A stretch of 64,000 bases of DNA from assembly GCA_964016885.1 (NCBI GenBank), contig OZ024740.1, positions 111,786,001-111,850,000 on the forward strand, in the 5' to 3' direction. The notes under the pieces are model-generated. The model saw nothing but the letters and a program-made list of their open reading frames with translations, made no database searches and had not been told where the DNA came from. The stretch comes from Eledone cirrhosa (lineage: Eukaryota). The position numbers and the translations under genes were made by a program. Below are positions 55,115 to 64,000 of this stretch, one piece after another. Within the stretch, counting starts at the first letter, position 1; the number at the start of each line of letters is the position of its first letter.

Positions 55115-56359
55115 TGTAAGAATTCATAAGATCTGAATACCTTCGGAGAGTAAGGAGCGTATTAAAGTCACATCTGAACAGTAGGAATGCCATAAGTGCA
55201 GTAAATTCCCGAGCTGTGTCTATTATTAGGTACAGTGCGGGAATTCTGAGATGGAATATTGTTGAACAAAAAGAAATGGATAGGAAGACTAGGAAGCTAT
55301 TGACTATCTACAACATGTTCCACAAGAGGAGTGATGTCGATAGACTCTACTTAAGGAGATCTGAAGGTGGAAGAGGTCTTATCAGCATAGAGGACTGTGT
55401 TCAGATGGAGAAAAACAACCTACACAAATACGTGACTGATAGTAAGAAACCAATGCTCAGAACTGTACTGAAGGAGGGGACAATAGACCAGGGGATGTCC
55501 AAGGAGGAAATAACATCAAGGAGAAAGAGCAGCCTTCATGAAAAATCCCTTCATAGTACCTTTTTTGAGAAAACTGAATTCAGAGATCCACAGACATGGA
55601 ACTGGTTGAAAAGAGGAGACCTTAAAAAAGCTAGAAGAAGGAATGTTAATGGCTGCGCAGGAGCAGGCCCTCAAAACGAAGTGGTTGAAACACCATATTT
55701 ACAAGGAGGAGGCTAGCCCACTGTGCAGAATCTGTGGAGTGAGAGAACAGACTGTGGCTCACATTGTATCCGAGTGTAAACACCTAGCCCAGACTCACTA
55801 TAAAGGCTGGAGACATGATGTGATGGGCAGGGTGATCCACTGACACCTATGCAAAGTAAACAATTTACCACATTCTGAGAAGTGGTATGAGCATAAGCCA
55901 GAGGCGGTGATGGAGAACGATCAGGTGAAGGTGCTGTGGGATTTTAGGATACAGACGGACAAGAAACTGGAACACAGTAGACCTGACCTGGTGGTTGTGG
56001 ACAAAGAAAAAAGATCGTGCCTGATTGTGGATGTGGCCTGCCCATTCGACACGAGAGTGCAAGAGAAGGAGAGGGAGAAAATTAACCGATACCAGGTGGG
56101 AGGTAAAAAGAATTTGGAACTGCCATGAAGTCAAAGTGGTCCCGATTGTCATAGGCGCACTAGGGACTATCTCAAAAAGCTTCCAGGGTTGGTTAAAGAA
56201 AATTGGCCCCTTCACGCTTTTTGGAACGCTTCAAAATGCATGCTTGCTGGGAACAGCAAGAACCCTCCGATACGTCCTGAATATCTGAGGCTGCAGGTAG
56301 TGACTTGATATTCATTTCAACAAACTTTCCAGTTATCTAACATCAATGACTGAGACTCA

Positions 56360-56428
<69 letters not shown>
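55115..56428 (+). mobile_element. 5'-truncated R4/Dong-like LINE with restriction-like endonuclease and (TAA)n tail
   Basis: RKTRKLLT, DVDRLYLRRSEGGRGL, CRICG..TVAHIVSEC, RHD, RPDLVVVD..IVDVACPFD, VVPIVIGALG; tail at 56361-56428. Confidence 0.9.
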
Positions 56429-56615
56429 TGTTTCTACTTTTGGCACAAGGCCAGCAATTATCCAGTGCATTACTGGTACTTTATTTTATCGACCCCGTAA
56501 GGATGAAAGGCAAAGTTAACCTCGGCGGGATTTGAACTCAAACCATAAAGGGGCGTAACTCTTTGCTGCAAAGCATAGCGTCAGACCCTCTACCGATACT
56601 GCCAATCCACCGCCC
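56428..56615 (-). mobile_element. tRNA-derived SINE, full length
   Basis: Reverse complement of the 27235 family, from gggcggtggattggc to gtagaaacaa-(TTA)n. Confidence 0.9.
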
Positions 56616-56649
56616 TTGTCCGTCTGTATCCTAAAATCCCACAGCACCT

Positions 56650-59600
56650 TAATAATAATAATAATAATGATTTCATTTATTAGCCACAAGGGCCGACATG
56701 TAGGGGACAATACAAAGACAGGGACAGTGGGGTTTACAATAAGGTCGAGTAAAAGTGCACAATGGCAAGACTAATTTAACAATGAAAATATAAAAATATA
56801 AAATAAACTATGCATAAATATAACAAAATAAATTCCCCGATAGGGGGTGGACGACCCTGGGGTGATTCGGGTACCCCACCAATCCTGAACCACCCTGCGC
56901 TTCTAGGGCACCCAGGGAGAGCACCCCTCTTCTCAAGTTAGCTAGCCTATAGGCGCATGGTCAGAGTAGGCCCATTCACACGAGCCATTCTCGCCACATT
57001 CACCCACCTTTTAGCAAATGTACTGGGGGGCAGCACTTCTCTCTCCACCCTCACCTTCCTTTCCAGGTGAAACTTGAAGAAGTTGATGAGGGATTGGGCG
57101 AAGAGAAAAGTGTCTGTCTTTAGTCCTTTCAACCTGGTCCACCATATAATCTCTTTCGCAACTGCTACAAGACAGAGGAAAATTTCCTGCTCTTCCTGAC
57201 CTAAGGAAGGCGGTGGATCGATCTTTACTATGGACTCAGCCGATAGCCGGATTCGTTCCACACGCGACAGTAGCTGTTCGACATAAATCCACAAGTCAGT
57301 AATGCACGGACATTGGACAAGTGCGTGCAGAACGGTTTCGTCGTTCTGTGCGCATCTTGGGCAGGTCCGTCTGATAGCACTTCCGTGCCTGTAGAGTTTA
57401 TCCCGAACCGGCAGTGCCCACCCGGTAGCACTGCCAAGCGAGGGATTTTTGGAAATTGTCCATCATCCCCGGCTCAAAAGTCCTCCGGTACAGACTGGTC
57501 AGTTCGACTTCGTCGAGGCTCAAAGCTTCTCCGAGTGCGTCATCGCACTTGCCCACCACTAATCCTCTATAGAACTCGAGAGTGGAAGTTCCACTGATCG
57601 CATTGCCCGCTTGGTAAAGGGCAGTGAGTGCCTGGCAACATTCCAGGTGCCAGTCACCCAGTCTCGGTCTCTTCTTGACCCAGGACTGCAGCTCAGTCAA
57701 AGAAATGAGCTGCGGAAAGGCCCGTCTGATAAACGGCGACCACACCTGTTCACCGTTGAGGCAGAATATCTGGAGATGTCGCAGCCTCAACGCATGTCTG
57801 CGCATCATTAGCTACGGCATGCCCAACCCTCCGCGTAGAGGTTGCTGGCAGCAGATGGACCGCCTTACCAACGGAACTTGTCCCCTCCACAAGAATTTGA
57901 AGAGGAGCCGTTCCAACTTGACGAGGCGCGGACGGGGGCAAGGCACGACGGTCAGGCGGTAGTAGATGACGGACGCGATGTACGCATTCGCCACCTCCGC
58001 GCAACCTTTCAGTGATAGCTTCCTCCCAGCCCATTTTTGAGTGAGACTGGCTACTCTGCTCGTAACCTCGTCCTAATTCTTTTCCACCTGGAGGTCTGGT
58101 CCGAACCAAACCCCGAGCAACTTTACCGGTCCGTCCGTCCAGCGCCCCACGACGCTGTTGGACGGCATGGGCTTGCCTCTCCAGGTTCCGAGCTGCAAGC
58201 CCACCGACTTTTCCGGGTTAAGTTTGGCTCCTGTCAACCTTTCATATTCCTTCAATAAGGTGCCGCCCACCTCGATTTCTGAGGTGTTCGACACCATCAC
58301 GGTGATGTTGTCCGCATAAGCCGACACCGCCTTTCTACGTCCCGGTTCGAGCGGGATGCCCTGCAACAGCTCCATCTTCCGCAGTAAAGGCTCGAAGGTC
58401 AATACGTACAGAAGGGAAGAGAGAGGGCACCCTTGACGGACCGATCGGGAGAGCCGAAATGGTTCCGAGAGGTGGCCATTAACCTTGATCAAACCGAGCG
58501 TGTGCCGCTGAGCATTGCAACGATCCAGCTTCTAAAGATAGGGCCGAAGCCAGCTGCTTTGAGGACAAACTCCAGATACCGATGGTCGACGCTATCGAAT
58601 GCTTTCGATTGATCTAAATTGATCAGTGCCCCACCGAAGCCAGGTTTACACCCTACCCTCTCTATGATGTATCGCATGAGGTGGAGATTGTCGTGTATGG
58701 ACCTGGCTGGGATTGCGCAAGTTTGCGCCTCCCCAACCAAATCCTCGACGACAAGCGCCAATCCCTTTGCTAACACCTTGGCCAAAATCTTAAACTCTGT
58801 GTTGAGCAGAGTTATGGGCCTGAAGTTGTCTAATGTATCCCTCTTGTTCTCGTCTTTCCTTATCAGCGTCACCACTCCCCTGCTCACAGAACTGGGAATA
58901 CTCCCATTCTGCTGCCAGTTGCAGTAGAGTACTTCGAGGAGTTCGGAGAACAAGTCTGGCATATTTACGTAAAGCTCGTAGGGCAGGCCATCCAAACCGG
59001 GTGACTTGCGCCTCATGCAGCCGACAAGGGCGTCCTGAATTTCGGCTGAAGTAATCGGCTTTCGCAGCGCTCAGCGTCGACCGTCGAGATGCGCGGCAAG
59101 CTGTCAAGGTAGGGACTGAAATCCTCTACTCTCTCTGACTCGCCACTCTCCCTGAACAACCGAGCAAAGTGCTGGCGAAAGGCCTCACACATCCGTTTGG
59201 AATCGCTTATCTCGTGTCCGTCTCGGTCCGCCAAAGACCGAATTGTGGTTTTATTACAACGCTGCGCCTCCGCCACGCGGACCCATCGAACAGCTTTAGT
59301 TCCCTCGTTTCTCAGCGCACGCGCCTTAGCTCTGACAATGCAACCTTCGTGTTTGGCATTGAAGAGATGGTCTAATGCCATTCTCGCCGCTAGCACGTCA
59401 GTTGCGATGCCACTACAAATAGCTTCGTCTAACTTATCTACCAACTCCCCCTCCTTTCTATTTTTCTCTAACGCTAGTTCTTTGCTGAACTCTATCGAAG
59501 TTACTCTAATCTCTCTTTTGAGAGCCACCCACCATCTGTTGTTGATGATCCCCCTGTCAACTTTTATTTAACTAAATTGTTGACTCGGTCCCTGTAAGCC

Positions 59601-61735
59601 TTACGTGCCGGAAATGACATGTTCAGCTTCCAGTAACGCGGTCCTAACCTACGCGTTTTATTTAGGTCGACCGTACAGATCATAAATTTGTGATCTGAAT
59701 AGGCGACCGTTTTAAAAAGTGGACAGCCCACACTATTTCTATCTATTTTCCTAATGAAGATCCTGTCTATATACGATCTAGATGACCCCATTCGGTTGGT
59801 CCATGTCCATACTGGCACATTGGGGAAATCTAGTCGATACCTGTCAGACAGTTGGAACTGGCTGAGTAGGTGCTTGAGGCTTTTGCACCCCCCGCTCCTA
59901 TCGGCTACTCCCACACAATCCCAGCGTGCGTCTAAGATGCCATTCCAGTCCCCCGTTAACACTAAAGGGCGAGACGTACCCTGAAAGGTCTCCAGGCGCC
60001 TAAAGAAGTCAGGTCGTAAGGCCCCTGTAGGGGCGTAGATGGCCAGCAGTCTAAAGGCACCACCTTCGCTACTGCTCACATCCAAGACCACCAACTTACC
60101 CTCCGGGTCCCGGAAGATCGACCTTACCTCGAGATCCAGTCGTTTCCTAAACAGCACTGCCAACCCACCCCCCATTCCGGGCCTGCTAACAGATGCGAAG
60201 ATCTGATAGTCGTCGAAAATGGGGGCTAGTGCGTGCGTGTCGGAAATTATGGTTTCGCTTACGGCAATCACATCCATTTCCAGCGACCGGAGGTCGTTGA
60301 GCAGGCGACCCCTCTTTCAGGGTGACCCCAGACCCTGAACATTTAAACTTCCTACTCTTAATATGGCCATATTGGTAAGCTATGTGAGAGGGAAGGTTTA
60401 CTTACTTCCCGGGTCTTGTGAAGGTCGGGTGGTTCGACCTCCATGGTTGGTGGGGTTTCTTTTGGGAACCCCTTTAAAAGTCTTGATGTGGGTTTCACAT
60501 TCGGGGTTCCCACGTCTTGAGGAAAGCTCTCTCGAATTTCTTTGAAGGAATTGAGTGACATTCGGACCGGAAGCAAATCTTCTGGCACACAAAATGTGCT
60601 CATTTCAAAAATCTCCCCCTCTGTTTGAATGTCCTCGCTTCGCGCTAAGAGGGCCATCAGTTTATCGTTGGCCCTCTGACAAGCACGAAGTTTTTAACAT
60701 TTCGTTGGTGTGGTTTTATTTGTTTTCGTTTTGGTGACTGTGGTAGCGATGGTTTTGGTGGTGTTGTGTCGGGTATGTCTATGTTTGTTGTAGGTGTGGT
60801 GTCTGCAATTTCAGGTATTTGTGTGTTTATTTGTACTTGTGTTTGTTTAGGTTGTTTGCGTTTCGGGGATTGTGGAGGTGGTGTCGATGTTGCTGTTGGT
60901 GATGATGTTATTGGGGAAGTGTTTGCGTTAGTGGTGTCTGTATTTTTTGTTGTGTATGTTTTTGTTTTGTTGGGGCTTTTTTTGTGAGTTTTCTCTGTTT
61001 TTTTTGCACTTTTGGGTTTTCCTCCATCTTCGCTGCTGGAAGACAAAGGGTCTGTGTCTGTGAGTGTCTCTGTGTCTGTGTGTGCGTTTATTGTTTTGTC
61101 TATGTGTATAATTGGGGGGTAGGGGGAGTGGGAGAGCTTTCCTCGTTTTCTCCTTGGCTTGGTTTTGGGGTTGGTGGTGATCCGGCTGCTTTTGATGTTG
61201 GTGTCCGTGTTTTTGTTGGTGTTGTTTTTGGTGGTGGTGGTGGTGCAGCTTTCCGTGCTGACACTGGCGTTGGCAACAAAGGAGGTTTGCGACCCCCTGC
61301 ATTTTTGCGCTGAGGGCAGAAGGCTTGAAGATGCGTTGCTTCCCCGCAGACGAAGCAGCGTGGCCTTCTTCCGTCAATGATTAGTTGGATTGTTGTCCCG
61401 TCCTGCAGGCGGGCAAAATCCGGGATGTTATTCATATCCTCCGGTTTCATTTGGAGAAGAATCTCCAAATCCATTCCGGACCAGACCTCTCTCTCTCTGT
61501 CCTTTTGATATCCAGGAGGGTAGTGTCTGTCCCCTCCTCGATTACGCATCCCAGCAGCCACCATATGTTCATTCCTGGTGGGATGCTGGGAATGCGTACC
61601 TTTACTGTCTTTTTACCCATGTAGGACGGATGCATGATAATGCGTTCCGTTCTGCAGGGGGTCACTCGGGCCATTCTTGCTTCTCTCACCCATCTTTCAA
61701 CACAATGCTGGGAAGAGAGCACTTCCCTCTCTACT
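56650..61735 (-). mobile_element. Full-length Tx1/L1-clade LINE inserted in (TAA)n; ORF1 about 61730-60360, ORF2 60370-56947, frameshifted
   Basis: ORF1 zinc knuckle CFVCGEATHLQAFC and T/K/P-rich tail. ORF2 has MAILRVGSLNVQGL, IYAPT, GDWN, SYIDRIF, SDHK, KSPGLDG, FRPITLLN, DQSKAFD, QGCPLS, YADN and CPRC..ETVLHALVQC. (TAA)n on both sides. Confidence 0.93.
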
Positions 61736-61774
61736 AATAATAATAATAATAATAATACACTATTAATAATTATT

Positions 61775-62055
61775 AATGCACTCGTGCAATGCCTGTGCGT
61801 GACGAATATTTTTAAAGTGAGGAAAGACTGTGCACTGAGCCAATCCCACTCTCTGAGCGACAGTTGCTATAATCCGAAAAGAAAAGATCAACATCATCGG
61901 TAACTACTGAGCCGCAGGTTTTATGTCGGAGTTAACCCAGTTTCCTGAGATGCCTTCTCCTAGAAGAATGCCCTGACAAGGGCTAGGGGTTCTTCACTCC
62001 CAATGGTTTAACTGCGCGATCGGGCATCCAGCCGGATTATTTTTGTCCCCGCGCA
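61775..62055 (-). mobile_element. Retroposon 5'-UTR-like fragment homologous to the (CATA)n elements
   Basis: Shares ctaggagaagg, gatgttga..ttcttt, agagagt.gga.tggct..gtgca and cacaggcattgc with 23930-24140. Confidence 0.55.
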
Positions 62056-62198
62056 AAAAAAAAAAAACTCACTTATTGACAATTATAGGTACGACATACA
62101 CACACGCGCATACATACGCGCGCAGACACACGCATACATACACGTGCACACAGCAACACTCATACATACAAACAAACACACACACGCTACTCACTTAT

Positions 62199-62236
<38 letters not shown>

Positions 62237-62334
62237 TACCGTCATTACTGATACAAGATTACAAGATTATGTCAACTGTTGACTTTCAAGAGTTTGTATA
62301 GTTGAAGCCGTTCGTATTACAGTCCAGTATTATT

Positions 62335-62500
62335 ATAATTGCTTTACAGCATAGAGCTATGGCTCTCCACGCTCTGAGATTAAATCCCGCCGAGGTCAAC
62401 CTTGCCTTTCATCCCCACGGAGTCAACAAAAGAGAGTACCAGTAATGCGCTGGACCAGTCACTGGATCCGTGCCAAAAGCAGAAAAATTATTATTATTAA
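62335..62500 (+). mobile_element. Diverged tRNA-SINE copy
   Basis: aaatcccgccgaggtcaaccttgcctttcatcccc..gtaccagtaatgc. Confidence 0.7.
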
Positions 62501-64000
62501 AGTTGTTTTCTTAAGGCCCGGTCGCTGGTAATGGTGATGGCGGCGTGGTGGTGGTGGTGGTGGCAGTTGATGTTGTTGTTGTGTTGTGTGCGTGTGTGTG
62601 TGTGTTTTGTTATTTTGAGTTTTGTTTGTTTGGGGTTTTGGGGGTTTTTTTTATCGTTTGATGCCGCTGTTGTTGTAAATGTTCATTTAAATTCATTCTG
62701 AAGCTGTTGTTGCTGTAAACATTAGTGCCGGTGTTGTTGTTGTAGATGTTGGGGTTGAAATCTGGTCGTTTGACTGAGTGATGTATATACACACATATAC
62801 ATACATATATATATATATATACACATACATACATACATACATACATACATACATACATACATACATACATACATACATACATACATACATACTTTCACAC
62901 ATACATACATTAATATATATGTGTGTATATATATAGATGTATCGAATTTTGGACTCTTTCCACTGCACCTTCCCCAGTTTTGTCTACGTGTCCTGATGCA
63001 CGTTATGCGAGGCCATGTAGACTGGAGGCACAGCTCGTTGACTGGTAAACAGGTTCGTCAAAACCTTTCAGGACATCCGGCTCAACCAACAGTCTCTGGT
63101 CGTCAGTTATTTCTCTTCCGACTGACACACCACTCACCACCTCATATTTTCGGCTTCGCTGTTTGCCTGGGGCCCTTGGACTCACGCCTCATGAGACAAA
63201 AGCCTATCATATTTTCTCTTCACACATTAACTGGAAACTGTTTCTTCCTTTAGCCTACTCTTTCCCAGCATCCACCTCACATCCACACTCACACGTACAT
63301 ACACACTACCCCCAGTACCATTTGACCACCTTCACTACCACACCACTCACACACATACATTGACACACTAACGCACATAGATACAATATAACACACACAC
63401 AAACAAAGCTAATTACTTAGTTACACCAACACCATAGATAAATACACATATTTAATTTCACTAACGTTACTAATTAACTAATTAATTATACTAACAAAGC
63501 CGTCTCACACCCACACATATTATTCACTATTGTGACTTTAACTCTCTAAGCACTAAGCCAGGCGCCGTCACTAATGGCTGAATCTAAAGACTGAAACCTC
63601 TAAAAGTATAAAAGAATAGTTTAAAAGTAAAATGTAGATGGAAAGGAGGAAGGCAGAGGAGGGAGGGAGAGAGAAGAGGCAGGAAGTAAAAGGCGAAAAG
63701 ACAAAGAAAAGAAAAAACAAAGAAATGAAATCAAAAAGGCTAAAAAAAAAAGACAAAAGAGTAAGTAAAGAAAAACAAGGGGGTAGTAAAGAAAGACAAG
63801 GGGTAGTAAAAATAAAAAACTGGAATGAGACGATACATGATTGGTGAGGAGGCAGTTTTTATAGTTTTCAATTACAACACATCGACGGTGTGGTAATAAA
63901 AAATGGCGCCTGATCAACTGTATTACATATATATATATATGCTGTGTGTGTGTGTGTATGTGTGTATATATGTATGTGTATATAAGTATGTATATGTATA

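Noticed and set aside
62945-63240. Old LINE fragment or host exon
   Set aside because: No recognisable motif or splice context could be supported by eye.

Overview
AT-rich, microsatellite-dense animal DNA. The repeat content resembles cephalopod/octopus DNA (an inference from repeat style, not a database result). I see no host protein-coding gene; most short ORFs in the track are microsatellite artefacts. Coding remnants are all transposon-derived: three Penelope-like elements (PLEs; one RT 5' part, two with GIY-YIG ends), a mariner fragment, CR1 and RTE 3' fragments, and a 51.5-62 kb pile-up of a near full-length RTE, an R4/Dong-like REL LINE, a SINE and a full-length Tx1/L1-type LINE. The ORF track misses the main signal: about 25 type I hammerhead ribozyme (HHR) motifs from roughly 17 apparently unrelated sequence families, read by eye. 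Many sit in short fold-back insertions inside (TA)n tracts that have two reproducible ends. Five use a compensated U3-A8 core (UUGANAA). One family forms a 429-bp ORF-less tandem unit with one HHR per unit (retrozyme-like). A 10 x 492/493-bp array with an inverted head copy carries a decayed HHR-like motif at its inversion point and terminus. All folds were paired manually and none was computed.
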